A stretch of DNA of 56,786 nt from Syntrophobacterales bacterium (GCA_021163105.1 JAGGXJ010000079.1:1-56786); one strand, 5' to 3'. Numbered from the stretch's first letter, positions 18,757 through 29,217 are shown. Program-made: numbers and translations. Notes: generated from the letters alone by a model not told the origin.

Positions 18757-19113
18757 CTATTTTTTCTTTGTGGCCTTTGCTTTCACTGGCTCTGCCTTGT
18801 CTACGGTTTTTGTTTTCTCCAGTTCTGCTTTGTACTTTTCCGCCTCAGCCTTTGCCTTCTGCAGTTCTTCTTTGGCAGCTTCCAGATCCACCTCGCTTGC
18901 TTTTTCCTCTTTTTTCGACTTCATCTGGTCCTTTATCTCATCATAACCGACATATATGGCAAGAGCACCTCCCAGCAAAAGAATGATCGGGATCCCGCCT
19001 GCAAGAAGACCAAGAAAAGGTCCCCACCAGATTCCCAACCCGATAAGTCCCAAGACCGCTCCTATAATACCACCTATCAATACCTTCATGATTCTATATC
19101 CTCCCTCTAACAA
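18757..19113 (-). CDS. small membrane protein with Gly-rich TM hairpin and Lys/Glu-rich coiled-coil tail
   Basis: 118 aa ORF. MKVLIGGIIGAVLGLIGLGIWWGPFLGLLAGGIPIILLLGGALAIYVGY followed by KSKKEEKASEVDLEAAKEELQKAKAEAEKYKAELEK. The likely start is the internal ATG at 19089. No family recognised. Confidence 0.55.
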   Translation of the reverse strand: MLEGGYRIMKVLIGGIIGAVLGLIGLGIWWGPFLGLLAGGIPIILLLGGALAIYVGYDEIKDQMKSKKEEKASEVDLEAAKEELQKAKAEAEKYKAELEKTKTVDKAEPVKAKATKKK

Positions 19114-19329
19114 AATTTGAATTTTACCATGACTGTTGTGACAAAGACATGTCTAAGTTAATATCTTCAGTAGGTACAGCTAACATAAAAATAAGGCACA
19201 GGCAAGTTCAAAATAGAGAAAAAGGACTTGCCTAAAAAGAAATTTTAGATTAGCTTTACAGGCTTTCAGATAAACTTCATTTTATATGACAGATTCTCGG
19301 TTCCGTGGAGGATCGGGGGAAGGATACCA

Positions 19330-19707
19330 TTGGTGAAACTTGATTTTGAAAAGGGAGAGGGGCTTATTCCTGTCGTGGCCCAGGACTACGAGACGAATGA
19401 TGTTTTGATGCTGGCCTACATGAACAGGGAGGCATGGCTGAAAACGCTGGAAACAGGTCGGGCAACTTACTGGAGCAGATCAAGAGAGTCCCTCTGGATC
19501 AAAGGCGAAACATCGGGTAACATCCAGATTGTCAGGGAGATCCTTGTGGATTGCGATCTTGACACAGTTGTCCTGAAGGTGGACCAGGTGGGTGGAGCGG
19601 CATGTCATATGGGCTATAGATCCTGTTTTTACAGAAGGGTGACAAATGGAGAAATGGAAATAATCAGTGAGAGGGTATTTGATCCGGAGGAAGTTTATAA
19701 AAAATGA
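19330..19707 (+). CDS. hisI: phosphoribosyl-AMP cyclohydrolase (monofunctional)
   Basis: 125 aa, TTG start. Motifs [37 protein letters not shown]. Confidence 0.9.
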   Translation: MVKLDFEKGEGLIPVVAQDYETNDVLMLAYMNREAWLKTLETGRATYWSRSRESLWIKGETSGNIQIVREILVDCDLDTVVLKVDQVGGAACHMGYRSCFYRRVTNGEMEIISERVFDPEEVYKK

Positions 19708-20576
19708 GAAAATTAAAGCTGGGAATACCAAAGGGAAGCCTTGAATCCAACACGATTGAGCTTTTTAAAAAGGCAGGATGGTCCATAACCTATGATTCCA
19801 GAAGCTATTTCCCCGATATCGATGATGAAGATATTTCCTGCGCTCTTATAAGAGCGCAGGAAATGTCCCGGTATGTTGATGATGGGACGCTTGACCTTGG
19901 TCTTACCGGAAAAGACTGGATACTGGAAAACGAGTCCGATGTTATTGTGGTTCAGGATCTCGTTTATTCAAAGGCATCTACACGGCAGGCCAGATGGGTG
20001 CTTGTAGTAAAAGAAGATTCTCCGATAAAGACCATAGAAGATATGTCCGGGAAAAAAATATCCACGGAACTGGTGAATGTTACCAGGAATTACCTTAAAG
20101 AGAGAAAAATAGACGCTCATCTGGAATTTTCCTGGGGCGCTACAGAGGCCAAGGTGGTCGAGGGCCTTGTGGACGCGATAGTGGAGGTTACAGAAACGGG
20201 GAGCACTCTGAAGGCAAACAAATTAAAAATCATTCATGAACTTATGAAGACAAATACCCAGCTGATTGCCAACAGAAAGGCATGGGATGATCCATGGAAG
20301 AGGAAAAAAATAGAGCAGATAAGCATTCTCCTCGGGGGATCGCTTATGGCCATGGGCAAGATTGGACTTAAGATGAATGTTGCCAGGGAAAATCTCGGGG
20401 GGGTTGTCCTGTTGCTTCCTTCTCTCAAAGCGCCCACTACTTCAGGATTATATGACGAGAACTGGTTCGCCGTCGAAGCCGTTATAGATCGCAGCATCGT
20501 AAGAGAACTGATACCTCTTCTCCGGGAAGCCGGGGCTGAAGGCATAATAGAATATCCTCTTAATAAGGTATTGTAA
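19704..20576 (+). CDS. hisG: ATP phosphoribosyltransferase, long form
   Basis: 290 aa. [10 protein letters not shown] start, TGSTLKAN motif, and the C-terminal regulatory domain is present. 4-nt overlap with hisI. Confidence 0.9.
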   Translation: MRKLKLGIPKGSLESNTIELFKKAGWSITYDSRSYFPDIDDEDISCALIRAQEMSRYVDDGTLDLGLTGKDWILENESDVIVVQDLVYSKASTRQARWVLVVKEDSPIKTIEDMSGKKISTELVNVTRNYLKERKIDAHLEFSWGATEAKVVEGLVDAIVEVTETGSTLKANKLKIIHELMKTNTQLIANRKAWDDPWKRKKIEQISILLGGSLMAMGKIGLKMNVARENLGGVVLLLPSLKAPTTSGLYDENWFAVEAVIDRSIVRELIPLLREAGAEGIIEYPLNKVL

Positions 20577-20592
20577 AAGGAGACTCGATATT

Positions 20593-21180
20593 ATGGCCAG
20601 AAATAAAAAAATAATCAGGAAAACCACAGAGACGGATGTCGCTGTGGAGATAAATCTCGATGGGGAAGGGGCGAGGGAAATAGCCACGACGATACCATTT
20701 CTTGATCACATGCTCGATCTTTTCGCGAAACACGGTTTTATTGATTTGAATGTGAAGGGTAGTGGAGACACAGATGTAGATTACCATCACCTTGTGGAAG
20801 ATATAGGCATATGCCTCGGAGAAGCGGTAAAAGGAGCCATCGGAGACAAAAAGGGGGTAAGCCGTTACGGCACCGCCTTTGTGCCCATGGACGAAACCCT
20901 GTGTCATGTCTGTATTGATATTTCCGGAAGACCTTATCTGGTTTTTCGGGTCGATTTTGGCGGCAAGAAGATAAGAGATTTTGACCCTATTCTCCTTGAG
21001 GAGTTCTTTAAATCCTTTTCGGATCACGGGGGAATAACCTTGCACGTAAATGTCATATATGGTAAGAATCCTCACCACATAGCGGAGGCTATCTTTAAGG
21101 CGTTTGCTCGCGCTTTGAAAAATGCTGTCCGTATAGATGACCGGATCAAGGGCGTGCTGTCAACAAAGGGAAGTATATAG
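20593..21180 (+). CDS. hisB: imidazoleglycerol-phosphate dehydratase
   Basis: 195 aa. RKTTETDV..., FLDHML, HH.VED.GI, NPHHIAEA.FKA.ARAL motifs. Confidence 0.9.
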   Translation: MARNKKIIRKTTETDVAVEINLDGEGAREIATTIPFLDHMLDLFAKHGFIDLNVKGSGDTDVDYHHLVEDIGICLGEAVKGAIGDKKGVSRYGTAFVPMDETLCHVCIDISGRPYLVFRVDFGGKKIRDFDPILLEEFFKSFSDHGGITLHVNVIYGKNPHHIAEAIFKAFARALKNAVRIDDRIKGVLSTKGSI

Positions 21181-21234
21181 GAATCTATTCTCGGACGGGT
21201 TCCTAACCCTCTCTATCCGGGGACATGACGAGAA

Positions 21235-21951
21235 ATGATAATCATAAAAAAACACCTCTCCTTTTATTTTTTTCGGCTTCTTCTCTGCGGAGTGATATTT
21301 ATCGCGCTACTTACCGGATGTGTTTCTAAAAATACCGGTGGAGCAAACACCCTTCACCGGAAAGCTGTCTCCGGGTTAAAGAAGATTGCTGTTGTTCCCT
21401 TTCAGGCGATAACTTCGGATGATCCTGACATCAGGGTTATCCGGTGTCCTGTTTGTGGAACGACTTTCAGGACATGTAATTTCGCGGGAAACCCGGAGAA
21501 AAAGACAGAAGAAATTTTTCTGAAAGGGCTTGAATCTTCCGGTCAATATTCCCTGATACCACCCGGGTATGTGGACGGTGTTTATAGGAAGGTTTCCGCC
21601 GTCCTGTTGGGAAAATCTCCCACGGAGATATTGACAGAAGTTGGAAGAGAGATCGGAGCGGACGGGATTGTTGCCGGATACCTCTTTTACTATGTGGAGA
21701 GGAAGGGCTTTGATTATTCCGCGGAAAAGCCGGCTTCGGTGGCTTTCTGCGTGCATCTTATCGATGTTAAGAGTGGCGTATCGGTATGGAAAGGCGTATT
21801 CGACAAGACTCAGAGTTCACTGATGGAGAATATCTTTGATATCTTGCCCTTTATAAAAGGTGGGGGAAAATGGCTTACCGCTGAAGAATTGTCACGGGAA
21901 GGTATCAAAGAGATCTTAAAGGGCTTCCCGAATTTGAAGGGAGATTCATAA
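21235..21951 (+). CDS. lipoprotein of unknown function (LpoB/DUF799-like pattern), embedded in the his operon
   Basis: 238 aa. Lipobox LLTGC. Core IAVVPFQ ... GADGIVAGYL ... VAFCVHLIDVKSGVSVWKG is paralogous in pattern to the lipoprotein at 36594-37205. It carries an extra CPVCGTTFRTC insert. Its stop abuts the hisA start. Confidence 0.7.
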   Translation: MIIIKKHLSFYFFRLLLCGVIFIALLTGCVSKNTGGANTLHRKAVSGLKKIAVVPFQAITSDDPDIRVIRCPVCGTTFRTCNFAGNPEKKTEEIFLKGLESSGQYSLIPPGYVDGVYRKVSAVLLGKSPTEILTEVGREIGADGIVAGYLFYYVERKGFDYSAEKPASVAFCVHLIDVKSGVSVWKGVFDKTQSSLMENIFDILPFIKGGGKWLTAEELSREGIKEILKGFPNLKGDS

Positions 21952-22686
21952 TTGCTCATAATCCCTGCTATAGATTTGAAAGATGGCAAATGTGTGCGTC
22001 TTCTTCAAGGTGATTTTGACCTGTCTACCGTTTATTCGGATCATCCCGTGGATATCGCCGTGAAATGGCAGGAAAAGGGAGCGAAGCGCATCCATGTGGT
22101 TGATCTTGACGGTTCTCGTGACGGATCCCCCCGGAATATGAACGTTATCAGAAAAGTTGCCCGCGCGGTGGACGTGACCCTGCAGGTGGGTGGCGGGATA
22201 AGGGATATGAAAACCGTTGATAATTATATAAATATGGGCGTCAATTATGTCATACTGGGGACAGTAGCCCTGAAGGATAAAAAGTTTGTTCTCGACGCGT
22301 GTGCTAACTACAGAGGGCGCATTATCCTTGCCATTGACGCGCGTGACGGCAGGGTCGCGGTTGAGGGATGGACTGAAAGCACTAATCAGTCTCCCGCGGA
22401 GATCGCGTCAGGCTATGAGGAATACGGGCTGAACTCAATCATATATACCGATATACAGCGGGACGGCATGGAATCGGGCGTGAACATAGAATCCACAAAA
22501 ATGCTTGCGGAATCTGTGGATATACCGATAATTGCCTCCGGTGGTGTCGCGGACATCCATGATATTGAAAGGCTGCTTGAAGCGGCAGATTCGGGAATAA
22601 TGGGTGTAATTACAGGAAAAGCTATTTACACCGGGGCATTAAAACTGGAAGAAGCTATTGCCAGAGTTTCCGCGTTGAGGGGTTGA
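21952..22686 (+). CDS. hisA: 1-(5-phosphoribosyl)-5-[(5-phosphoribosylamino)methylideneamino]imidazole-4-carboxamide isomerase
   Basis: 244 aa, TTG start. MLIIPAIDLKDGKCVRL, HVVDLDG, ASGGV motifs. Confidence 0.9.
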   Translation: MLIIPAIDLKDGKCVRLLQGDFDLSTVYSDHPVDIAVKWQEKGAKRIHVVDLDGSRDGSPRNMNVIRKVARAVDVTLQVGGGIRDMKTVDNYINMGVNYVILGTVALKDKKFVLDACANYRGRIILAIDARDGRVAVEGWTESTNQSPAEIASGYEEYGLNSIIYTDIQRDGMESGVNIESTKMLAESVDIPIIASGGVADIHDIERLLEAADSGIMGVITGKAIYTGALKLEEAIARVSALRG

Positions 22687-22702
22687 AAAGGAGGATTGTC
22701 AG

Positions 22703-23038
22703 ATGGAGGATTGTATATTCTGTAAGATTGCAAATGGAGAGATACCAGCTAACATTGTTTATGAATCCGAAAATGTTCTGGCATTTGACGATATCAATCC
22801 GATGGCCCCCGTTCATGTCGTTGTTGTGCCCAGGGTACATGTGGCAACTCTTATGGATGTATCGAACGGCATGATGGATGAGATGATTTCAGCGGTGCAG
22901 GAAATCGCGAAAATAAAGGGGGTCGACAAAAAGGGTTTCAGAACAGTTATCAATTGTAATGAAGATGGCGGCCAGATAATCTTTCACCTTCACATTCATA
23001 TTCTGGGAGGCAGAAAACTAAGTGATGAGATGGGATAA
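22703..23038 (+). CDS. histidine triad (HIT) family nucleotide hydrolase
   Basis: 111 aa. CIFCKI N-terminus and the HLHIHILGG histidine triad. Confidence 0.9.
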   Translation: MEDCIFCKIANGEIPANIVYESENVLAFDDINPMAPVHVVVVPRVHVATLMDVSNGMMDEMISAVQEIAKIKGVDKKGFRTVINCNEDGGQIIFHLHIHILGGRKLSDEMG

Positions 23039-23121
23039 CGCTCAGATTCGAAGACACGAAGAAGAAAGACATTCTGTGTAGTCACATCCCCGTTGCAGAA
23101 AAAAAGAAAGGTGGAAATGAG

Positions 23122-23565
23122 ATGGGCATAAGAGAACGTGTGTCGAGCGAAATGATCAAAGCCGCTAAAGATAAAGATAAGGCTAAGTTATCTGTGCTTC
23201 GTATGATCAAATCGGCTTTGCATAACAAGGAAATAGATTTAAAGGATCAGTTTGGCGAAAAGGAAATCCTGCAGGTGTTATCCTCTATGATAAAGCAGAG
23301 AAAGGACTCTATTGAACAATTCAGAAATGGAGGAAGACAGGAACTCGTAGAAAAAGAGGAAGCCGAGATCAAGGTAATCCAGAATTTCATGCCGGAACAG
23401 ATGTCGGAAGAAAAGATAAAAGCGGAGATTGAAAATGCCATAGAAGAAGCGGGCGCCGTGGGCATCCGAGATATGGGAAAGGTTATGAAACTTCTTATGC
23501 CCAGGTTAACCGGAAAAGCCGATGGAAAAGCTGTAGGCGAGGCGGTCAAAACGCGATTATCCTGA
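23122..23565 (+). CDS. GatB/YqeY domain-containing protein
   Basis: 147 aa. The pattern MIKAAKDKDK..LSVLRMIKSAL.NKEID ... LTGKADGK.V resembles YqeY. Located upstream of dnaG-rpoD. Confidence 0.85.
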   Translation: MGIRERVSSEMIKAAKDKDKAKLSVLRMIKSALHNKEIDLKDQFGEKEILQVLSSMIKQRKDSIEQFRNGGRQELVEKEEAEIKVIQNFMPEQMSEEKIKAEIENAIEEAGAVGIRDMGKVMKLLMPRLTGKADGKAVGEAVKTRLS

Positions 23566-23597
23566 GCAATGCATTTATCCATAGAGGTAAGAATAGA

Positions 23598-25382
23598 TTG
23601 AAGGGATATATTCCTCAGGAAAAGATCGGAGAAATAAAAAGCAGGGTAAATATCGTGGATCTTGTCTCCGAGTATGTTACCCTGAAGAAGGCTGGTAGAA
23701 ATTTTGTAGGTCTCTGCCCCTTTCACAAGGAGAAAACACCATCTTTCAGCGTTAATCCCGAAAAACAGATATTTTACTGCTTTGGTTGCGGAGAGGGTGG
23801 CGATGTCTTCGCCTTTCTGATGAAAATAAACGGCACGAGTTTTGCCGAGTCGGCAAGATATCTGGCCAATAAAGCCGGCATCGAGATACCTGTCAGAAAG
23901 ATGACAGGCGCGGAAAGGACAGTGGCAAGCGAGAAGGAGAAGCTGAACAGAATAAGCGCGCTGGCGGCGGATTGGTTTTCCGGGCAGCTTTCTTCTGATA
24001 ATGGCCGGGCAGCTCGCGATTATCTTGACAAAAGAAAGCTGGGGGCTGCTATAACCAGAGAATTTCGCCTGGGTTATTCCCCGGAGGGATGGAGTCACCT
24101 TGTCAACTATTTTGAAGGCAGAAAAGTTCCTCTCGGGCTTGTCGAAAAAACCGGCCTTATCATATCTAAAAATAATGGCAGGTTCTATGACCGGTTTCGC
24201 GGGAGATTAATTTTCCCGATAGAAGATCTAAGCGGTAGAGTTGTGGCTTTCGGTGGGCGGGCTCTCGGTGACGACATGCCTAAATATCTGAACTCGCCCG
24301 AGTCTCCTGTATATACAAAGGGCCGGGTTCTGTATGGCATGTACAGAACAAAGGACAGCATCCGCGATAAGGATTACGTTATAATTGTGGAGGGATATAT
24401 TGATCTTCTCTCCTTACTGGATACGGGGGTGAGTAATGTGGTGGCAACGCTGGGCACCGCTCTGACCAGGGAACAGGTCGAACTGATCAGGCGATTTACG
24501 CGGAATGTTGCCGTCATATTTGATTCTGATGAAGCGGGGAGACATGCGGTCGAGCGCAGCCTGAAACTTTTTCTTGAGGAGAATATGCATGCCAGGGTGG
24601 TCGTTCTCCCCGAAGGACATGACCCTGATGACTATGTAAAGAAATTTGGTTCAGAGGCCATGGAGAACATTATAGCCCATTCCCCAATGATGGTAGACTA
24701 CTATATAGAGAAAATAATGGGCAACAGAGATACGCTTGAAAACAATCTGGATGCTATCAGGGAATCAATCTCTTTCATAAGCACAATAAGCGATCCGGTT
24801 GAACGAAACTTGTTCATAAAAAGGGTATCTGAAAAACTTGGCATTGACCAGAAACTTTTGAAGGACAAAATAAGGAGGGCATCTGCTAATCACAAAACCG
24901 CCACGAAATCCGCGTCTCCGGGGAAAAAAGCGGAAAAAGTTGACATGGTAGAATTAAACCTTATTTATATGATGATGGAGTATCCTGAAAAAATCCCACT
25001 GGTGACTCGGGAGGATATTCTGGATTGTTTTGTCTCGGAAACGTTGAAAAAACTGGGCGATGCAATAACGGGTAAAACCGGTGATGCTGCCAGCCTTGTC
25101 GGAGACTTGGAAGATTGTTCTGAGAAGGAACAGCTCTTAAAGTTGATGATGGAACATCCTGTTCTGGACAGAGAAATTGTCGAACGGGTCTTTGATGATA
25201 ATATCAGGCAGATAAAAAACAAGTGGTATAAGAACAGGCATAATGCATTGAAAAGAAGACTGATCCGCGCACGGGAGATGGATGACAGAGAGTTGAGCGA
25301 CAGCCTGTTGCGGGAGAGAAATAGATTGCTAAAAGAAGAGAGAGGACTAACCAAAAATGAAAAAGACAATCAACTCGGATGA
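23598..25382 (+). CDS. dnaG: DNA primase
   Basis: 594 aa, TTG start. Zinc-ribbon [30 protein letters not shown] and [15 protein letters not shown] ... DSDEAG. Confidence 0.9.
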   Translation: MKGYIPQEKIGEIKSRVNIVDLVSEYVTLKKAGRNFVGLCPFHKEKTPSFSVNPEKQIFYCFGCGEGGDVFAFLMKINGTSFAESARYLANKAGIEIPVRKMTGAERTVASEKEKLNRISALAADWFSGQLSSDNGRAARDYLDKRKLGAAITREFRLGYSPEGWSHLVNYFEGRKVPLGLVEKTGLIISKNNGRFYDRFRGRLIFPIEDLSGRVVAFGGRALGDDMPKYLNSPESPVYTKGRVLYGMYRTKDSIRDKDYVIIVEGYIDLLSLLDTGVSNVVATLGTALTREQVELIRRFTRNVAVIFDSDEAGRHAVERSLKLFLEENMHARVVVLPEGHDPDDYVKKFGSEAMENIIAHSPMMVDYYIEKIMGNRDTLENNLDAIRESISFISTISDPVERNLFIKRVSEKLGIDQKLLKDKIRRASANHKTATKSASPGKKAEKVDMVELNLIYMMMEYPEKIPLVTREDILDCFVSETLKKLGDAITGKTGDAASLVGDLEDCSEKEQLLKLMMEHPVLDREIVERVFDDNIRQIKNKWYKNRHNALKRRLIRAREMDDRELSDSLLRERNRLLKEERGLTKNEKDNQLG

Positions 25383-27114
25383 GGTAAACAAGCTTATTTC
25401 GCTGGGTACAGGGAAGGGGTTTCTCACTTATGATGATATCAATAATGCCCTGTCGTCCGACATTATATTTTCAGAACAGATAGACAATATATTGATGCTT
25501 TTCCATGAGAAAAATATTGAAATTGTCGATGTTGACAAAAATGGAAAATTTACCCGTAAACCGGTCGCTAAAACCCAGGAAGAGCCGGGAAAAGTAAAGA
25601 ATGGAATATTACCTCTGCCCCTGGCCGCGCTGGGCAAGACAGGAGATCCCGTAAAGATGTACCTGAGGGAGATGGGTCTTGTGCCTCTGCTTAGCCGTGA
25701 GGAAGAGGTAAAGATAGCAAAAAGGATTGAAAAGGGAGAAAAAAGAATTAAAGAAACCCTTTTCAGCCTGCCGCTCTTTATAAAAAAGGCTGTGGATATA
25801 GGAAACGGACTCAGAGACGACAAGATAAAGGTAAAAACAGTTGTTGATAATCTTGAAGACGAAAATGGTTTTACTGAAGAGAATGTGCATCGGGAAAGGG
25901 TGCAAAGACTTGCTGGCAGGGTGGCAAAGTTGGATGCACGAAATACCATGCTGAAGGCAGAGTTGAAAAGAAAAGATTTAGATGATTTTGAGAAGGAAGA
26001 GATAAAAAAGGAACTGGAAAAAAATCTCAGAAAAATCATAAAGCTCTGTACGAATATAAATTTCAGTAAGAGGCGCATAAATGCGATGGTTCAGGAGCTT
26101 AAAAAAGTCGTTGCCGATATTAGCAGAGGTGAGCGGGAAATAGCAACATGCAGGAAACGGACGGGAATGTCGCTTAATACGCTGGATAAGATGTTCTCCC
26201 GGATGAGAAATGGCGAAGAGAAACAGATTTCCGAAGAGACAGGCATCCCAGTTGAAAAATTAGTGGAGTACGAAAGGATAATCCGGCAGGCGCGCAATGA
26301 CCGGAAGAGGCTAACGGGAAAAATCGGCGCATCCAAAGAAACGCTGAAACTGGTAGTCACTTCTATGAAAAGGGGAGAACTGGAGGCAGAACTGGCAAAG
26401 AGGAAGTTGGTAAAGGCGAACCTCAGGTTGGTTGTAAGCATTGCCAAAAAATACACGAACAGAGGACTGCAATTCCTGGATCTTATTCAGGAGGGGAATA
26501 TAGGGTTGATGAAAGCCGTTGAAAAATTCGAATACCAGAGAGGGTATAAATTTTCCACCTACGCGACATGGTGGATACGGCAGGCCATTACAAGGGCTAT
26601 AGCGGATCAGGCGCGAACGATAAGAATCCCGGTACATATGATTGAAACCATAAACAAGCTTATCCGGACTTCGCGGTATCTGGTTCAGGCACTGGGGAGA
26701 GAACCCACCCCCGCCGAGATCGCAGAGAAGATGGAATTTCCTTTGGATAAAGTGAGAAAGGTATTAAAAATTGCCAAGGAGCCGATATCCCTGGAGACAC
26801 CCATAGGAGAGGAAGAGGATAGCTCTCTCGGAGATTTTATAGAGGACAAGAAAATCATGTCCCCTTCTGATGCCACTATGAGCATGGATCTTGCCCAGCA
26901 GACCAGGAAAATACTGTCCACTCTGACACCAAGAGAGGAGAAGGTTTTGAGAATGCGTTTCGGGATCAGCGAAAAGGCGGATCAGGCGCTGAACCCGGGA
27001 GAAGAAGCCGAGATGAGTGATATGGTAAAACAGGCCAGGCAGATTGAAGATAATGTATTAAAGAGAATGCGCGGAACCTCGCGAAGGAGAGAAATAAAAG
27101 GAGGAACCAAGTAA
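25357..27114 (+). CDS. rpoD: RNA polymerase primary sigma factor (group 1) with an atypical region 4.2
   Basis: 585 aa. Canonical regions 1.2-4.1 ([74 protein letters not shown]; [15 protein letters not shown]). The last ~48 aa deviate strongly from the expected [30 protein letters not shown]. See findings. Confidence 0.9.
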   Translation: MKKTINSDEVNKLISLGTGKGFLTYDDINNALSSDIIFSEQIDNILMLFHEKNIEIVDVDKNGKFTRKPVAKTQEEPGKVKNGILPLPLAALGKTGDPVKMYLREMGLVPLLSREEEVKIAKRIEKGEKRIKETLFSLPLFIKKAVDIGNGLRDDKIKVKTVVDNLEDENGFTEENVHRERVQRLAGRVAKLDARNTMLKAELKRKDLDDFEKEEIKKELEKNLRKIIKLCTNINFSKRRINAMVQELKKVVADISRGEREIATCRKRTGMSLNTLDKMFSRMRNGEEKQISEETGIPVEKLVEYERIIRQARNDRKRLTGKIGASKETLKLVVTSMKRGELEAELAKRKLVKANLRLVVSIAKKYTNRGLQFLDLIQEGNIGLMKAVEKFEYQRGYKFSTYATWWIRQAITRAIADQARTIRIPVHMIETINKLIRTSRYLVQALGREPTPAEIAEKMEFPLDKVRKVLKIAKEPISLETPIGEEEDSSLGDFIEDKKIMSPSDATMSMDLAQQTRKILSTLTPREEKVLRMRFGISEKADQALNPGEEAEMSDMVKQARQIEDNVLKRMRGTSRRREIKGGTK

Positions 27115-27129
27115 GGGGTCAGATATATC

Positions 27130-27150
27130 AGGGGATTTCGATCCCTTGTT
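27130..27150 (+). terminator. weak hairpin with UUCG loop between convergent rpoD and ridA
   Basis: AGGGGAT-TTCG-ATCCCTT (7 bp including one G-U) followed by GTTTAT. A plausible but weak intrinsic terminator. Confidence 0.3.
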
Positions 27151-27164
27151 TATGCGGCGGCAAG

Positions 27165-27548
27165 TTAATCACAAAGGGCGACTGCTTCTATCTCTATGGT
27201 GGCATCTTTAGGCAGGCGGCTTACTTCCACGCAGGCCCTGGCCGGGCGGGACTTTCCAAAATACTCCGTGTAGATATCGTTAAGCTGTGTGAAACACTCC
27301 ATGTCCGTCAGGAAAATCATGACCTTTACAACGCGGTCAAGTCCTGATCCCCCTGCTTCCAGTATCTCCTTGAGATTATTCAGCACTGTGCGCGCCTGAA
27401 GCTCAAATGGCCCTTTCACAGGCTCTCCGGTTTCCGGGTTAATGGGGATCTGCCCGGATATGTACAGCCAGCCGTTGGCTTTGACCGCCTGGGAATATGG
27501 ACCCACCGGCTTGGGTGCTTTGATGGTATTGACAATGTTTCTATCCAT
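27165..27548 (-). CDS. ridA: RidA/YjgF family reactive-intermediate deaminase
   Basis: The ORF track ORF is 27165-27593. The internal ATG at 27548 (MDRNIVNTIKAPKPVGPYSQAV...) gives the typical ~127 aa and has AAGGAG upstream. C-terminal ARACVEVSRLPKDATIEIEA motif. Confidence 0.85.
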   Translation of the reverse strand: MDRNIVNTIKAPKPVGPYSQAVKANGWLYISGQIPINPETGEPVKGPFELQARTVLNNLKEILEAGGSGLDRVVKVMIFLTDMECFTQLNDIYTEYFGKSRPARACVEVSRLPKDATIEIEAVALCD

Positions 27549-27653
27549 AGCGATTTCATCTCCTTTCAAAGGTATAATTGACAACAAGAGCATGAAGATG
27601 TCAACTAAATAGTTGTGGAACCTTGATGGATAAATATTTCACTTGGAATTCTT

Positions 27654-29000
27654 ATGAAAGACATACTTACGGTTACAGAACTGACCGGAGCCATAAAAGG
27701 ACTCCTGGAATCCGGTTTCGACACCATATGGGTCACAGGCGAAATTTCCAATCTTCGCCGCCCCGCCTCGGGCCATGTGTATTTTACCCTCAAGGATGAG
27801 AGTAGCCAGATAAGGGTGGTTGCTTTCAGGAGTGCGGCGGGCAGGATAGGCTTTGATCTTGAAGACGGAATGAAGATAGTCTGCAGGGGAAAGCTGAATG
27901 TCTATCCCGCAAGGGGCGAGTACCAGCTCATCATAGATGCCGCGGAACCGAAGGGTCTTGGGGCCCTTCAAATGGCCTTCGAACAGCTCAAGGAACGTCT
28001 GGGAAAAGAGGGTTTGTTTGACCCTTCTCATAAAAAGAGCATCCCATTTCTGCCGGAGAAAATCGGGATAGTCACATCTCCTTCAGGCGCGGCCATCAGA
28101 GACATATTGAATATCACAAGCAGGAGATTTTCATCCATTGATATCACCATTGCCCCCGCGGCTGTGCAGGGGGCAGAGGCACCCATAGAGATATGCGATG
28201 CCATATCAAATCTGAATTCAGTCGGTGTGGATGTGATTATTGTCACCAGGGGCGGGGGATCGCTTGAGGACCTGTTCTGTTTTAACGACGAAAGAGTCGC
28301 TCGGGCTATTCACTTCTCAAAAATCCCTGTCATATCGGCTGTTGGCCATGAAATTGACTTCACCATCGCCGATTTTGTAGCCGATTTCAGGGCGCCGACC
28401 CCCTCCGCCGCCGCTGAGCTGGTTGTGCCGGACAGGAAAGATTTGGTCGAGAGAACCCGAAGATTAAAATCACGATTAATAAATGCCCGCAGTGTGTTTC
28501 TGCGTGAATTGGGAAACAGGCTGGATTTTATTGTAAAGGGCTTGCGCGATCCGAGGGGACAGATTTCGGACCTGCGCATTGGTCTGGATGACTGGAACAC
28601 CCGACTGTCAGGAGGAATGCGGCGTGTCCTCGAAATGCAAGAGAACATCTTTCTCCCCGCGAACAGGATGCTGATACGCCTGACCCCCGTGACAAGGATT
28701 CACGAATTGCGTCGCGGGGTTGAAAACATAAGAAAAGAATTGGATGCACGAACCCGGTTTTATATGGACAATCTGAAAGGCATGCTCCAGAAAAATATGT
28801 CCGCATTAAATAATCTGAGCCCCCTTTCCGTATTGAAGAGAGGTTTTGGTATAGTAAGATCGTCTGACGGAACCATCGTCAGGGATGCGGCTATGTTAGC
28901 GGTGGACGATAGTGTCGATGTGAAGGTTTCATCGGGAAGCTTCAAGGCAAAGGTATCCGGAATTTTGAAGGAGCAAGACAATGACAGAGAAAAAGTTTGA
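27654..29000 (+). CDS. xseA: exodeoxyribonuclease VII large subunit
   Basis: 448 aa. OB-fold N-terminus (WVTGEISNLRRPASGHVYFTLKDE) and catalytic core (VTSPSGAAIRD, RGGGSLEDL). Confidence 0.9.
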   Translation: MKDILTVTELTGAIKGLLESGFDTIWVTGEISNLRRPASGHVYFTLKDESSQIRVVAFRSAAGRIGFDLEDGMKIVCRGKLNVYPARGEYQLIIDAAEPKGLGALQMAFEQLKERLGKEGLFDPSHKKSIPFLPEKIGIVTSPSGAAIRDILNITSRRFSSIDITIAPAAVQGAEAPIEICDAISNLNSVGVDVIIVTRGGGSLEDLFCFNDERVARAIHFSKIPVISAVGHEIDFTIADFVADFRAPTPSAAAELVVPDRKDLVERTRRLKSRLINARSVFLRELGNRLDFIVKGLRDPRGQISDLRIGLDDWNTRLSGGMRRVLEMQENIFLPANRMLIRLTPVTRIHELRRGVENIRKELDARTRFYMDNLKGMLQKNMSALNNLSPLSVLKRGFGIVRSSDGTIVRDAAMLAVDDSVDVKVSSGSFKAKVSGILKEQDNDREKV

Positions 29001-29217
29001 AAAGGCCATGGAAGAGCTGGAAAAAATTGTAAAAAAGATGGAAGATGGAAATATGTCTCTCGAAGAATCGTTGAAGGCCTTTGAAGAAGGAATCAAGCTT
29101 TCCCGCTTTTGTGCTGATAAGCTTGATGAGGCGGAGAGAAAAGTCAATATCCTTCTCAAAGAGGAAAACACATTAAATACCAGGCCGTTTGAGGGAAAAG
29201 ATGGTGAAAAACCGTAA
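28981..29217 (+). CDS. xseB: exodeoxyribonuclease VII small subunit
   Basis: 78 aa. FEKAMEELEKIVKKMEDGNMSLEESLKAFEEGIKLSRFC is typical XseB. It overlaps the xseA end. Confidence 0.9.
   Translation: MTEKKFEKAMEELEKIVKKMEDGNMSLEESLKAFEEGIKLSRFCADKLDEAERKVNILLKEENTLNTRPFEGKDGEKP

Noticed and set aside
26968-27114. Diversity-generating retroelement or frameshift as the explanation for the aberrant RpoD C-terminus
   Set aside because: There is no reverse transcriptase gene or template repeat in the window. Both alternative frames contain early stops and do not encode the canonical region 4.2. This cannot be settled without reads and orthologs.
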